Shown: positions 30,439 through 40,971, numbered from the stretch's first letter. The stretch is 64,000 nucleotides of DNA from an uncultured Trueperaceae bacterium (GCA_963815215.1 CAWFFU010000004.1:32001-96000), one strand, 5' to 3'. Notes: a model not told the origin generated them from the sequence alone. Program-made: numbers and translations.

Positions 30439-32004
30439 GTGTCCGACGATACCTTGGCTTGGATGAACGAGCTCACGGCCGAGATGGAGGAGCGGCGCAA
30501 GCGGGTCGAGACCGGAGGCGGCGAGGCGCGCGTTCGCAAGCAGCACGAAGCCGGCAAGCTCACCGCGCGTGAGCGGATCGACGCGCTCCTCGACGAGGGG
30601 AGCTTCGTCGAGCTCGGCGTCTTCGTGAAGCACCGCGGCGGCGAGCTGATGGACGGTGTCGAGGCGCCGGGCGAGGGCGTGGTCACCGGTTACGGCACCG
30701 TCGCGGGTCGCACGGTGTTCGTGTTCAGCCAGGACTTCACCGTGCTGGGCGGCAGCCTGGGGAAGATGCACGGCGCCAAGATCGCCACCGTGATGGACCT
30801 GGCGGTGAAGACGGGCGCACCCATCATCGGGCTCAACGACTCGGCCGGCGCGCGTATCCACGAGGGCGTCGACTCGCTCTCCGGCTACGGCGAGGTCTTC
30901 TACCGCAACGCGATCTACTCCGGGGTGGTGCCACAGCTCTCCGCCATCCTCGGTCCGTGCGCCGGTGGCGCGGTGTACAGCCCTGCCCTCACCGACTTCG
31001 TGCTGATGGCCAAGGGCAGCTCCTACATGTTCATCACCGGCCCCGAAGTGATCAAGCAGGTCACCAAGGAGGACGTGAGCTTCGAGGACCTGGGCGGCGC
31101 CGACGTGCACAACCGCACCTCGGGGGTGGCGCACCTGGAGGCGGAGGACGACGCGGCGGTATTGCACAAGGTGCGTGAGCTGCTGGGGTACCTGCCGCAG
31201 TCGGCCAAGGACCGGCCCCCGCGCCGGTCCACCCGCGACCCCGAGGAGCGCGAGACGCCCGAGCTGCTCTCGATCGTGCACCCGGACCAGCGCCGCCCTT
31301 ATCCCATGATCGACGTCGTGCACGCACTGGTCGACGACCAGCGGTTCCTCGAGATCCAGCCCGACTTCGCCCGCAACATCCTGGTGGGCTTCGCCCACCT
31401 GGGCGGACAATCGGTCGGGATCGTGGCCAACAACCCGCGGCACCTGGCCGGCACGCTCACCATCGATGCCAGCGACAAGGCGGCGCGCTTCATCCGTACC
31501 TGCGACGCCTTCAACGTTCCCCTGGTCACCCTGGTCGACGTCACCGGCTTCCTACCCGGCGTGGCGCAGGAGCACGCCGGTATCATCCGGCACGGCGCCA
31601 AGATGCTCTACGCCTACGCCGAGGCCACCGTCCCCAAGATCACGCTGATCGTGCGCAAGAGCTACGGGGGCGCGTACCTGGCGATGAACTCGCGGGACAT
31701 GGGCTCGGACGTGGTGCTGGCCTGGCCCACCTCGGCCGTGGCGGTGATGGGCGCGGAGGGGGCCGCCAGCATCATCTACCGGCGTGAGATCCAGGGTGCG
31801 AGCGATCCCCAGGGACTGCGCAGCCAGCGCATCGAAGAGTACCGACGCCGCTTCGACAACCCCTACGTGGCGGCGGGCTTCGGCTACATCGACGACGTCA
31901 TCGACCCCAAGGACACGCGCCGCCACCTCATCCGGCACCTGCGCATGTTGGAGTCCAAGGAGCAGGCGCTGCCGTTCAAGAAGCACGGGAACATGCCGCT
32001 GTGA
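30439..32004 (+). CDS. pccB: Acyl-CoA (propionyl-CoA) carboxylase carboxyltransferase subunit
   Basis: GKLTARERI, QDFTVLGGSLG, DSAGARIHEG, GPCAGGAVYSP, RKSYGGAY, KKHGNMPL. Confidence 0.9.
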   Translation: MSDDTLAWMNELTAEMEERRKRVETGGGEARVRKQHEAGKLTARERIDALLDEGSFVELGVFVKHRGGELMDGVEAPGEGVVTGYGTVAGRTVFVFSQDFTVLGGSLGKMHGAKIATVMDLAVKTGAPIIGLNDSAGARIHEGVDSLSGYGEVFYRNAIYSGVVPQLSAILGPCAGGAVYSPALTDFVLMAKGSSYMFITGPEVIKQVTKEDVSFEDLGGADVHNRTSGVAHLEAEDDAAVLHKVRELLGYLPQSAKDRPPRRSTRDPEERETPELLSIVHPDQRRPYPMIDVVHALVDDQRFLEIQPDFARNILVGFAHLGGQSVGIVANNPRHLAGTLTIDASDKAARFIRTCDAFNVPLVTLVDVTGFLPGVAQEHAGIIRHGAKMLYAYAEATVPKITLIVRKSYGGAYLAMNSRDMGSDVVLAWPTSAVAVMGAEGAASIIYRREIQGASDPQGLRSQRIEEYRRRFDNPYVAAGFGYIDDVIDPKDTRRHLIRHLRMLESKEQALPFKKHGNMPL

Positions 32005-32022
32005 CCCTGCGATAGGCGGCCG

Positions 32023-33312
32023 TCAGCCGTCGCTGAGCTCCTCCAGGACGACCCGCCGCGCTTCCCGTCGTGAGCGCTCGGCCGCGAACGCCATGACATG
32101 GCTCTCGATGGAGGCCGCCAGATCGCTCGGAACCTCGCCGGCCGGCCGGCCCGCTCTCCGTTGCTCCAGCCGTTGCAGGAAGTCCACGACGAGGGCGTCG
32201 TCCCCGCCGGCGTGGCGCGCGCCGGCGCCGCCGACGGTGATGCGCTCGCTCCGGTCGTGGGCGAAGTCGTGCAGCTCGAGCCAGCCCTGGTCGAGGTCGC
32301 CTCGGATCTCCCCGTGCGTGCCCATGACGTGGATGTGCCGCGTGATGTCGGCGCTGAAGGCCTGGACGGTGAGGGACACCGCGACCCCGTTGGCGAACGC
32401 GAGCTGCACGAGCTGGTGGTCCGCAACGTCGTTGTCGCAATGGTAGACGCAGCGGCCGTAAGGCCCGCTGCGTAGCGCCTCGACCAGGTCGGCCTCGTCG
32501 CCCTGGGGCGCCACCACGCTGTTGGGCCATTCGCGGGAGCCGGCGAAGCGCTCGAGGTAGATGCGGATCGCCGAGTACGGGCAGCTGCGCTCGACGGCGC
32601 AGCCGTCCATGCAGCGGTCGCTGGACCCGGCGGGAGCGTTCTCTGCGCGGAAGTGGGCCAGGTCGCCGATCGACGTCAGCGCCTCACAGCGCTCGTCCAC
32701 CAGCCACCGCAGGATGTCGAGGTCGTGGCACGCCTTGGCGAGAAGCATCGGGCTGCTGTCGGCTTCGCGGCGCCAGTTGCCCCGGACGTAGCTGTGGGCG
32801 AAGTGGTAGTAGCCGATGTTCTCGGTGTGCTGGATGGCCACGGTGCGGCCGATCCGGCCCCGGCTCAGCAGCTCCTTGAGGGTCCGGAAGAACGGTGTGT
32901 AGCGCAGCACGTGCGCGACCGTGACCGTGCCGGCGCCGGGGCGGGCGGCGGCGTTCTGGATGGCGCGAACGCCCGCGAGATCGGGGGCGATGGGCTTCTC
33001 CAGCAGGACGTGCAGGCCTCGCTCGAGCGCCCTCACCGTTGGGGTGACGTGGGCGCGATCGGGCGTGGCCACGATCACCGCGTCGAGGGTGTCGACCTCG
33101 CGAAGCAGCGTCTCGGCGTCGCGGAACAGCGCGTCGGGCCCGACCCCGAGGCGCGCACCCACCTCGGACAGGCGAGCCTCCCGGGGGTCGGCGATGGCGG
33201 CGATGTGCGCTCCCGTCCCCCGTCGTGCGATGAGTTCACCGTAGACGTCGGCGCCGCGGTTGCCGGCGCCCAGGATGGCGATCTTCAGGGGTGAGTCGGA
33301 GGGGGTGGGCAT
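32023..33312 (-). CDS. Gfo/Idh/MocA-family oxidoreductase
   Basis: ILGAGNRG, ATPD, LLEKP, HVLRY, HSYVRGNW, KACHDLD. Confidence 0.9.
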   Translation of the reverse strand: MPTPSDSPLKIAILGAGNRGADVYGELIARRGTGAHIAAIADPREARLSEVGARLGVGPDALFRDAETLLREVDTLDAVIVATPDRAHVTPTVRALERGLHVLLEKPIAPDLAGVRAIQNAAARPGAGTVTVAHVLRYTPFFRTLKELLSRGRIGRTVAIQHTENIGYYHFAHSYVRGNWRREADSSPMLLAKACHDLDILRWLVDERCEALTSIGDLAHFRAENAPAGSSDRCMDGCAVERSCPYSAIRIYLERFAGSREWPNSVVAPQGDEADLVEALRSGPYGRCVYHCDNDVADHQLVQLAFANGVAVSLTVQAFSADITRHIHVMGTHGEIRGDLDQGWLELHDFAHDRSERITVGGAGARHAGGDDALVVDFLQRLEQRRAGRPAGEVPSDLAASIESHVMAFAAERSRREARRVVLEELSDG

Positions 33313-33339
33313 GGGCTCTCCTGGCTGGTAGACGGGCGA

Positions 33340-34182
33340 TCAGCCCTTCAGGGCGCCCGCGGTGATGCCGCGGACGAACACGCCCTGGACGGAGCTGAAC
33401 AGCAGGGCGACGGGAACGGTGGCGAGGATCCCCCCCGCCATAAGCAAGTTCCAGTAGACGATATTCTGGCCCACGAAGCGCGACATCGCGAGCGGGATGG
33501 GGTAGAGCTGGTCGTTGTTCAGGAACACGAGCGGGAAGATGAGGGCGTTCCAGGCGAAGATGAAGGTGTAGATGCCGGCCATGGCGATCCCCGGCGCCGC
33601 CAGCGGCAGCACCACGTGTCGCAGGCTGCTGAGCCGCGAGCAACCGTCGATCATGGCCGCCTCCTCGAGGTCGGGAGGGATGCTCTCGAGGTAGCCGTGC
33701 AGGAGCCACAGCGCGATGGGGATGGCGAGCGCGCTCTCCGCCAGGATGACGGCGAGGTAGGTGTTGAGCAAGTGGTAGCCCCGCATCATCTGGTACAGCG
33801 ACACGATCATGACGACGGGCGAGAACATCTGCGTGGCGAGCGCGGTGAACAGGAGCGCCTGCCTGCCGCGGAAGCGGAACCGGGAGAGGCCGTAGGCCGC
33901 CAGGAAGCCCAGGACGATGGCGATGCCCGATGTGGCCACGGCGATGATGGCGCTGTTCAGGTAGGCCCGTCCGAACTGGTAGCCCCCGGTCAGGACCTCG
34001 ACGTAGTTGTGGAACGACCAATGTTGCGGCCACCAGCTCGGCGGCCAGCTGAAGAGGTCGTTGAACGACGTGACCGAGGTCTTCAGCATGACGTAGACCG
34101 GGAACAGCATCACGACCAACAGCACGATCAGAGCCAGGTGCTTGCCCAGAAGTGCGAGGCGGGCGGTGCGCACGCGGGTCAC
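33340..34182 (-). CDS. Carbohydrate ABC transporter permease (MalG-like)
   Basis: EAA loop IPPDLEEAAMIDGCS; C-terminus GITAGALKG. Confidence 0.9.
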   Translation of the reverse strand: MTRVRTARLALLGKHLALIVLLVVMLFPVYVMLKTSVTSFNDLFSWPPSWWPQHWSFHNYVEVLTGGYQFGRAYLNSAIIAVATSGIAIVLGFLAAYGLSRFRFRGRQALLFTALATQMFSPVVMIVSLYQMMRGYHLLNTYLAVILAESALAIPIALWLLHGYLESIPPDLEEAAMIDGCSRLSSLRHVVLPLAAPGIAMAGIYTFIFAWNALIFPLVFLNNDQLYPIPLAMSRFVGQNIVYWNLLMAGGILATVPVALLFSSVQGVFVRGITAGALKG

Positions 34183-35123
34183 GCTCCCCTCTGGAGGAGG
34201 CGCCAGTACCCGAAGGACAGCACCGTCAGCAGCGCGAAGACGAAGGTCGCGAGGGCCGCGGCCTGGCCGAAATCGAACGAACCGAAGGCGGTCGTGAAGG
34301 TGCGCACCACCAGGGTGGTGGTGGCCCCTGCGGGGCCACCGCGTGTGAGGGGCCAGATCACCTGGAAGGAATTGAAGGTCCACACGCTGGAGAGCAGCGT
34401 CGCCACCAGCAGGATGGGGCGGATCATCGGTAGCGTGATGTGCCTGAACACCTGGTGGGCTGCCGCGCCGTCGATGTGGGCGGCCTCGTAGACCTCGTTG
34501 GGGACGGACTGCAGCCCCGCCATCAGGACCATCGCCATGAACGGGATGCCCACCCACATGTCCACCACTGCGGTGGCCACGAAGGCGGTGCCCTGCTGGC
34601 CGAGCCAGGAGATCGGTTCACCGATCACACCGAGCGCCGACAGCAGGCCGTTGAGCTGTCCGAACTGACCGTCGAGGACCCAGCGCCAGGCGATCGCTGC
34701 GATCACGACCGGCGTCACCCACGGCACCATCAGCAGGGTCAGGTAGATGCGCCGCCCGCGGAAGGGATGTTGCAGGAGCATGGCGGCGGCGAATCCGATG
34801 AGCGTCTTGCCGCTGACGGACAGGAGCGTCCACAGCGCCGTGATGCGCAGTGACCTGAGCACGTCGGTGTTGCTCAGGAGGGCAGCGTAGTTGCCGAGCC
34901 CGATGAAGGTGCGTCCGAGATCGGGTCGGATGAGGATGTCGCGATAGAGCGACTCGACCATGACCTTGACGATCGGGTAGGCGAGGAACAGGGCGAGGAA
35001 TAGAAGCGTGGGGATGAGATAGGGCAGGGGCGAGGCGTCCGGGCTCAGCGTTCGCCTCAGCAGCGAGGCTACGGGTGAGCTGCGCGCGCGGGGGCGGTCG
35101 TGACGGGATCTCGGCGTGGACAT
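34179..35123 (-). CDS. Carbohydrate ABC transporter permease (MalF-like)
   Basis: FIGLGNY, LQSVPNEVYEAAHIDGA, TRGGP. Confidence 0.9.
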   Translation of the reverse strand: MSTPRSRHDRPRARSSPVASLLRRTLSPDASPLPYLIPTLLFLALFLAYPIVKVMVESLYRDILIRPDLGRTFIGLGNYAALLSNTDVLRSLRITALWTLLSVSGKTLIGFAAAMLLQHPFRGRRIYLTLLMVPWVTPVVIAAIAWRWVLDGQFGQLNGLLSALGVIGEPISWLGQQGTAFVATAVVDMWVGIPFMAMVLMAGLQSVPNEVYEAAHIDGAAAHQVFRHITLPMIRPILLVATLLSSVWTFNSFQVIWPLTRGGPAGATTTLVVRTFTTAFGSFDFGQAAALATFVFALLTVLSFGYWRLLQRGA

Positions 35124-35169
35124 GAGGGGGGGAAGGGGCAGCCTTCAAGGCCGCCCCTTCCTCGGGACC

Positions 35170-36432
35170 CTACTGGCCCGACGCCGCCGCCGGCTCGAGC
35201 TTCTTGTCCTGGATGGCCTTGGTGGCGGCCTGGAGCGCCTGCTCCGGCGTCTGCTTGCCGAGCAGGACGTTCTGGATCATGTCGCTGATGATGGTCTGGA
35301 ACGGTTCCCAGGCCAGCGGCTGGGGTTGCGGGAAGCCCTGGGAGATCATCTCCAGGAAGGGCTTCCAGAACGCGCCCTGGAAGGCCGCGTTGGACTGTTC
35401 GCCCTGGACCATGGGGACGAGCCCGCCGTTCAGGTCGAAGGTGGTGTGGGCCTCGAGCGACGTCCAGTAGTCGACGAACGCGTAGGCCTCCTTGGGGTGC
35501 GGCGTGTTCTTGGCGATGACGATCGAGTCGCCCACCTGGATGCCCCCACAGCGGACGTCGCACGGCAGGGTCGCGGTCGCGTACGGGGCGCTGGGGTTGT
35601 TCGGATCGAGCCCCATGATGCCCTTGCCCCACGGTCCGGTGATCATCATGGCGATCTTGCCCTGCTTGAAGAGTACCGGGAGCTGCTCGCGGTTGTACTC
35701 CACCGGGTTCGGCGCCACGTGATCGGTCTTGTACAGGTCGGTGTAGAACGTCAAGGCCTTGACGCCGGCGGGCGTATCGAGGCTGACGTTGCCCTGGTCG
35801 TCGAACACCGAGCCGCCGGCCTGGTACAGGAAGTTGAAGAACTGGCTGGTGGTGGACACGTGGGCGGCGCCGGAGATGCCGATGCCGTACATCCCGGGGT
35901 GCTCCTGGGTGATCTTCTTGGCGTCGGCGAGCAGCTCATCCCAGGTCTTCGGAGGCTGCGGGATCAGGTCGGTCCGGTAGAACAGCGCCTTGGTCGAGAA
36001 CGCGACCGGGAGCCCCATCAGCTTGCCCTTGAATTCGTTGCCCTTCAGCACGCCGGAGGGGAACGACGCGCGCTTGGCCTGGTCGACGTAGCTGTCGAGC
36101 GGCAGCAGGCCGCCGAGCTGCGAGAACGGGGCGATCCAGCGACCGCCGATGTAGATGACGTCGGGTGCGTTGCCCGCCAGGAGATCGGTGGCGATCTTCT
36201 GGTACGCGGAGTCCCAGCCGACGCTCTGGAACACGACCTTGATGTCGGGGTGGGTCTGCTCGAAGCCTGCGACGAGCGTCTTGACGGTCTGTTGGGCCTG
36301 GGGCTGGTCGCCGCCCGGGTAGAGCACGTGGATGGTGACCTGCTGCGCGCTGGCGAGGGTCAGGAATGCGGCCAGCGCGATCATCAGGACAAGGGTGAAG
36401 GGTCTAAGGCTTCGGGAAGAGATTCGCGTCAT
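35170..36432 (-). CDS. Sugar ABC transporter substrate-binding protein
   Basis: Signal peptide ending ASA; FEQTHPDIKV, LFYRTDL, PPKTWDEL. Confidence 0.9.
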   Translation of the reverse strand: MTRISSRSLRPFTLVLMIALAAFLTLASAQQVTIHVLYPGGDQPQAQQTVKTLVAGFEQTHPDIKVVFQSVGWDSAYQKIATDLLAGNAPDVIYIGGRWIAPFSQLGGLLPLDSYVDQAKRASFPSGVLKGNEFKGKLMGLPVAFSTKALFYRTDLIPQPPKTWDELLADAKKITQEHPGMYGIGISGAAHVSTTSQFFNFLYQAGGSVFDDQGNVSLDTPAGVKALTFYTDLYKTDHVAPNPVEYNREQLPVLFKQGKIAMMITGPWGKGIMGLDPNNPSAPYATATLPCDVRCGGIQVGDSIVIAKNTPHPKEAYAFVDYWTSLEAHTTFDLNGGLVPMVQGEQSNAAFQGAFWKPFLEMISQGFPQPQPLAWEPFQTIISDMIQNVLLGKQTPEQALQAATKAIQDKKLEPAAASGQ

Positions 36433-36468
36433 CGTTACCTCCAGGTATGGGAACGGGGTTTGACGGGC

Positions 36469-37641
36469 TCAGGACGTTCGGTCGACCTCCCACCTCCTCT
36501 GTTCGAAGTACGCCTGCGTAGCGAGGCTGGCGGCTCCTCGAGCCCACATGTCGCGGCTCTCGCGCTGGACCACCAGTTCGGGCAGCCTCGGGAGGCTGGG
36601 GAAGACGTGACGTTCCAGGCTGTCCGCGATCGCGGCCCGCAAGGGCTCTCCGATGGCGACGCCCGAGCCCGTCAGGATGAGGATCTCGGGGTTGATGAGG
36701 TTCACCAGGTGGGAGAGCGCCAGGCCGATGGCGTCGCCGATGTCGGCGAGGAGGCCGACGGCCCGGGGGTCCCCTTCGTCGGCCAGCAGCCCCAGATCGT
36801 CGAGGCGCTTCACGTGCAAGCCCGCCTCGGTGGCCCGGGCCAGCGTGGCCGGAACGGAGGCCACCGCTTCCAGGCACCCATGCTTCCCGCACGCACAGAG
36901 AGGGCCGTCCTCGCGAACCGTGCAGTGGCCCACCTCGCCGGCGACGCCGAAGCGTCCGCGATAGAGCCGGCCGCCGACCACCAGGCCGGCGCCGATGCCC
37001 TTGCCGAAGCTCACCACCGCGAAGTCCTCGAGGCCGCGCGCCCTCCCGAACATCTGCTCGCCGATCGCGAGGGTGTTGGCGTCGTTCTCCACGGCGACGG
37101 GCAGACCCAGTGCCTGCTCGAGCATGGGCCCGATCGGGACGTCGGCCCAGTCGAGCACCACCGAACGGATGCAGCAGCCGCTCTCGTTGTCGACCAGCCC
37201 CGAGAGGCCGAGGCCCACACCCGCGATCGAGCGTTCCGGTACCTTCGCCGCCTCGGCGAGCTCGCTCAGCAGCCCGCCGGTCGAGGCCACTACGCGCTCG
37301 GGCTGGCGTGTCGACAGTCGGCGCGTACGTCGTGCCAGTACGCGTCCGTCGAGATCGGTGAGCACGGCGCTGAGCTCGCCGTCGTCGAGCTTGGCGCCGG
37401 CGATGGCCGCGAGGCCCGGCTCGAGCCGCAGCAGGATCGGCGGCCGCCCCAGGCGGTCGGTCTTGCCGGCGCTGGGGCTGGCCTGCTCGACCACGATGCC
37501 GACGTCGACGAGATGCTTGGTGAGCATGGTCACGGCCGACGGGCTCAAGCCGGTGCGACGCGCGATCGCGGACCGGTTGATCGGTCCCTGTTCACGGATG
37601 ACGCGGATCACCGCGGCGGCGCTGTCTTCGTTCCGGTCCAT
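36469..37641 (-). CDS. ROK-family transcriptional repressor (NagC/XylR-like)
   Basis: N-terminal HTH and GRP wing; VENDAN, GIGAG, GEVGH, CACGKHGCLE. Confidence 0.92.
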   Translation of the reverse strand: MDRNEDSAAAVIRVIREQGPINRSAIARRTGLSPSAVTMLTKHLVDVGIVVEQASPSAGKTDRLGRPPILLRLEPGLAAIAGAKLDDGELSAVLTDLDGRVLARRTRRLSTRQPERVVASTGGLLSELAEAAKVPERSIAGVGLGLSGLVDNESGCCIRSVVLDWADVPIGPMLEQALGLPVAVENDANTLAIGEQMFGRARGLEDFAVVSFGKGIGAGLVVGGRLYRGRFGVAGEVGHCTVREDGPLCACGKHGCLEAVASVPATLARATEAGLHVKRLDDLGLLADEGDPRAVGLLADIGDAIGLALSHLVNLINPEILILTGSGVAIGEPLRAAIADSLERHVFPSLPRLPELVVQRESRDMWARGAASLATQAYFEQRRWEVDRTS

Positions 37642-37663
37642 TTATTTCTTTCACAGAATTAAA
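37641..37663. promoter_or_regulatory. Putative ROK (NagC/Mlc-type) operator
   Basis: TTTATTT-CTTTCACAG-AATTAAA, an imperfect palindrome with a TT-N9-AA core, abutting the ROK start codon. Confidence 0.65.
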
Positions 37664-37916
37664 TTTGTCAATGATTCTAGGGCATCGCGCCGCAGAACGC
37701 AAGCCCCACCGGCGGGGCGTCGCCGGACGCCCGGCCACAGGCGGCGTGCCGGGTGTCGACGGTCGCGCACGCCGCAGCGCTGTGCGTCCCATGGCACGGG
37801 GTCCGGCCGCGCGGTGCGATAGGGTCCATGGGACCGGCTCAGCAGGGTCGTGACTGCCCGCGCCTGCGGCGGGACGCCGCCGGGCGCGACCGGTCCGCCC
37901 CGAGGGAGGGACCTCC

Positions 37917-38750
37917 ATGAACGCTTCCATCACGTCGCTCGCCGCCGTCGCCGCTCGCTTGGGCGTCGATCTGGTCGCCGCCGTCGTCATCCTGATCGTC
38001 GGATGGATCCTGGCCGGCTGGGCCGGCGCGGTCGTCCGCCGGGCCGCTTCGGGCAGCGGCAGGCTGGACGGCACCGTCGCCACCGTGCTCGGCAGGGTGG
38101 CGCGCTGGACCGTCCTGGCCTTCACCGTGATCGCGGTGCTGGGCCGCTTCGGGGTGCAGACCACCAGCCTGGTCGCCCTGCTCGGGGCCGCCGGACTAGC
38201 CATCGGCCTGGCGTTGCAGGGGGCCCTCTCCAACATCGCGGCGGGCGTCCTGTTGCTGGCGCTCAAGCCCTTCCGGGTCGGGGACGCGGTCGACATCTCC
38301 GGGACGGCGGGCGTCGTCGACGACATGGGTCTGTTCGTCACGCGTCTCACCAGCTTCGACGGCGTGCCCCTGTTCGTCCCCAACAGCAACGTGTGGGGCA
38401 AGCAGGTCAGCAATTACTCGCAGGCGGGCCGGCGCCGCAACGATCTCGTCGTGGGCATCGGCTACGGCGATGATGTGGCCCGGGCCATGGCCGTCCTGCA
38501 GGAACTCGTTGCCGACGAGCCGCGCGCGCTCCAGGACCCGGCGCCGCTGGTCGCCGTCGAGTCGCTCGGGGAGAGCTCGGTCAACCTGCTGCTGCGGTAC
38601 TGGACGGCCGCCGGCGATCTGTTCGCCACCAGGTTCGACCTGACGCGGGCCGTGAAGGAACGCTTCGACGCCGAGGGCATCTCGATCCCTTACCCGCAGC
38701 GCGACCTCCACGTGGTGGAGGGGGGCGTCGCGCTGGCCCCCGGCGCCTAG
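37917..38750 (+). CDS. mscS: Small-conductance mechanosensitive channel
   Basis: GAAGLAIGLALQGALSNIAAG, PFRVGD, PNS, IPYPQRD. Confidence 0.92.
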   Translation: MNASITSLAAVAARLGVDLVAAVVILIVGWILAGWAGAVVRRAASGSGRLDGTVATVLGRVARWTVLAFTVIAVLGRFGVQTTSLVALLGAAGLAIGLALQGALSNIAAGVLLLALKPFRVGDAVDISGTAGVVDDMGLFVTRLTSFDGVPLFVPNSNVWGKQVSNYSQAGRRRNDLVVGIGYGDDVARAMAVLQELVADEPRALQDPAPLVAVESLGESSVNLLLRYWTAAGDLFATRFDLTRAVKERFDAEGISIPYPQRDLHVVEGGVALAPGA

Positions 38751-38756
38751 GCAGGT

Positions 38757-39980
38757 TCAGGTGGGGACACCGCCCGGTCGCCGCAGCGTCGGAAGGTAGA
38801 CCAGCAGCGCGGCGGTGCAGAGCGTTGCGGTGAGCGCGAGAGCGGCGGCATAGGCCCCGGCCGAGGTACTGCCTCCGGCGGGGGCGAGCGCGTTCACCAC
38901 GTTGCCGATGCCCCACTGCAGGACGAAGCCGCCCAGGAACATGAAGAGGTTGATGGCGGTCACCGCCCTGCCGGTGAGCCTGGCCGGGAACAGCACGTTC
39001 GCCTGAGCGTAGAGCAGCAGCGCGAACGACCCGCTGCCCGCCAGAAGGAACAGCAGTGCGCCCAGCGCCGCGGGCGCCGCCACTGTGCCCGCGATCAGGG
39101 CGAGCGCGGCCTGCACCAGCACCATCAGTAGCGTTGCGGCCGCCACGACCCGGGCCGGCCCGAAGCGCTGAGCCAGCCAGCCCGAGACGAAGAACCCGAG
39201 CACCAGGCCGATCCCGAGCCAGAGCAGCACGTTGCCCGCCACCGCGGCGCTCAAGCCGGCGGCCTCGGTCAGGTACGGGCCCGCCCACAGGCTCTGGTAG
39301 GCGAAGGTCGTGCCCATCACGGCGAAGCCCAGGAACGCCAGCCGCCAGAACGCCGCACTCCCGAAGATGTCGCCGAAGCCGCCCGGGGACGCCTGCGGGT
39401 GAGGATCCGTCGGCGGTGTGCGGACGACGGAAGCGATGGCGACGGCGCTGAGCAGCAGCACCACGGCCCCGCCGGCGAAGACGGCGCGCCAGCCCACGGC
39501 GCGGTTCAGCAGCGCCAGCGGCGCGGTCGCCACCAGCGCGCCCGACGAGCCGGTGGCCGTGAGCATGCCCGCGACCGCGGCGAACCTGCGAGGCGGATGG
39601 ATCTGCGAGAGCGCTTTGAGGCCGCCCATCAGGATGCCGGCCGTGCCGAGGCCGAGCAGCGCCCGGCCCACGCCCAGCCAGGCCACGTTCGGCGCCGCGG
39701 CGAACACCAGCGCGCCCACCACACCGACCAGCATCAGGACGCTGGTGGTGATCCGTGCGCCGTAGCGGTCGAGGGCGCTGCCGAAGGGGAGTTGGGCGAG
39801 GGCGAAGAAGCCGAAGAACAGACTGCTCATGAGGCCGAGCTGCGCCGGCGAGAGACCCATGCTCGCGGTCAGGTCGTCGGCGATGACGGCGTTGGCCGAC
39901 CGGAAGAAGTAGGACAGGAAGTGGGCGGCCGCGAATACGGCGAAGACGAGCCAGGCACGGGCCACGGTGCCGGCGAGCAT
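38757..39980 (-). CDS. MFS transporter
   Basis: About 12 hydrophobic segments; motif A GSALDRYGAR. Confidence 0.88.
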   Translation of the reverse strand: MLAGTVARAWLVFAVFAAAHFLSYFFRSANAVIADDLTASMGLSPAQLGLMSSLFFGFFALAQLPFGSALDRYGARITTSVLMLVGVVGALVFAAAPNVAWLGVGRALLGLGTAGILMGGLKALSQIHPPRRFAAVAGMLTATGSSGALVATAPLALLNRAVGWRAVFAGGAVVLLLSAVAIASVVRTPPTDPHPQASPGGFGDIFGSAAFWRLAFLGFAVMGTTFAYQSLWAGPYLTEAAGLSAAVAGNVLLWLGIGLVLGFFVSGWLAQRFGPARVVAAATLLMVLVQAALALIAGTVAAPAALGALLFLLAGSGSFALLLYAQANVLFPARLTGRAVTAINLFMFLGGFVLQWGIGNVVNALAPAGGSTSAGAYAAALALTATLCTAALLVYLPTLRRPGGVPT

Positions 39981-40003
39981 ACCAGGGCGCCCCGAGGGGG
40001 GCG

Positions 40004-40357
40004 TCAGCCGATCTCGCGCATGTCCTCGAGAACCTGCCAGCCCACGCCCTCGGGCGTGCCCTCGAGCCGCTGCTGCAGGGTCTCCGCCACCCACGGCACC
40101 AGGCCCGAGACGTCCTCCTCGTCGTCGCCTCGGAAGGTCAGCACGGTGAGCTGGTAGAACTGCTGCGTCGCGCTCAGCGTGCCGTCGTCGAAGAAGCTGA
40201 AGGGTGCGGCCGGGATGGGGTCGAGCAGGACATGCACGTCCCGGCCGAGCGTGGACGGCAGGTAGGTGGCGAAGTCCACCTCGAGCTCGCGAGGGTGCCA
40301 CACGTAGCCCTGCAGCAGGCGTACCCCCTGTCGCTCGTCCTGGGGCTCCGTGCTCAC
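40004..40357 (-). CDS. DUF3208-like Deinococcota protein
   Basis: VRLLQGYVWHP...PFSFFDDGT...QQFYQLTV...GVGWQVLEDMR, recognised from memory of the family. Confidence 0.7.
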   Translation of the reverse strand: MSTEPQDERQGVRLLQGYVWHPRELEVDFATYLPSTLGRDVHVLLDPIPAAPFSFFDDGTLSATQQFYQLTVLTFRGDDEEDVSGLVPWVAETLQQRLEGTPEGVGWQVLEDMREIG

Positions 40358-40971
40358 GCGAAGTCGGGCGGGAGGGGGAGGTCGGGCAGCGCCCGTCTCC
40401 AACGCCCCGCGAAGCCGGCGAGGTCGTCGACGAGCAGGCCGGTGAAGCCCAGCTCCCGGCAAGCGGCGATGTTGCGCGCGTTGTCGTCGATGAACACGGT
40501 CTCTTCGGCGGAGTGGCCGAGGGCCTCACTGAGGGCCTCGAAGGCCGCGCGGTGTGGCTTGCGGACACCGATCTCGTTGGAGAACACCCAGCGCTCGACG
40601 CGCTGCATGCGGGGGTCGTCGCGGACCACGTCGCACAACTCCGGAACGTTGTTGGACAGCACCCCGACGGTGTACGTCGGCGGCAGCGAGGCGAGCAGCG
40701 TCAGCATCGGTGCGCGCCAGCGAACGGCCCCCAGGAACGTGCGCCGGAAGGTGGCCTCGTCGGTATGGAGCCCGGTGGCCGCCGCCAGGCGGCGCTGGAA
40801 CTCGGGCAGGTCGAACGCGCCGTCCTCGAACGGCCCCATCGTCGCCAGGTAGGGTTCCTCCAGGCGCGACTGTGCAACGCCGTGGAGCGACGCCAGCGCG
40901 CTCACGGCGCTGCTGTCGAAGGTGCCCTCGGTGAAGACGCCGCCCCAGTCGAAGGCGATGGCGCGGATCAC
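40354..40971 (-). CDS. HAD-family phosphatase
   Basis: AFDWGGV, LSNN, RKP, FIDD. Confidence 0.85.
   Translation of the reverse strand: MIRAIAFDWGGVFTEGTFDSSAVSALASLHGVAQSRLEEPYLATMGPFEDGAFDLPEFQRRLAAATGLHTDEATFRRTFLGAVRWRAPMLTLLASLPPTYTVGVLSNNVPELCDVVRDDPRMQRVERWVFSNEIGVRKPHRAAFEALSEALGHSAEETVFIDDNARNIAACRELGFTGLLVDDLAGFAGRWRRALPDLPLPPDFA

Noticed and set aside
37828..37920. 30-codon upstream ORF overlapping the mscS ATG
   Set aside because: No SD or correct leaderless spacing; mscS has its own strong RBS; chance-level at this GC.
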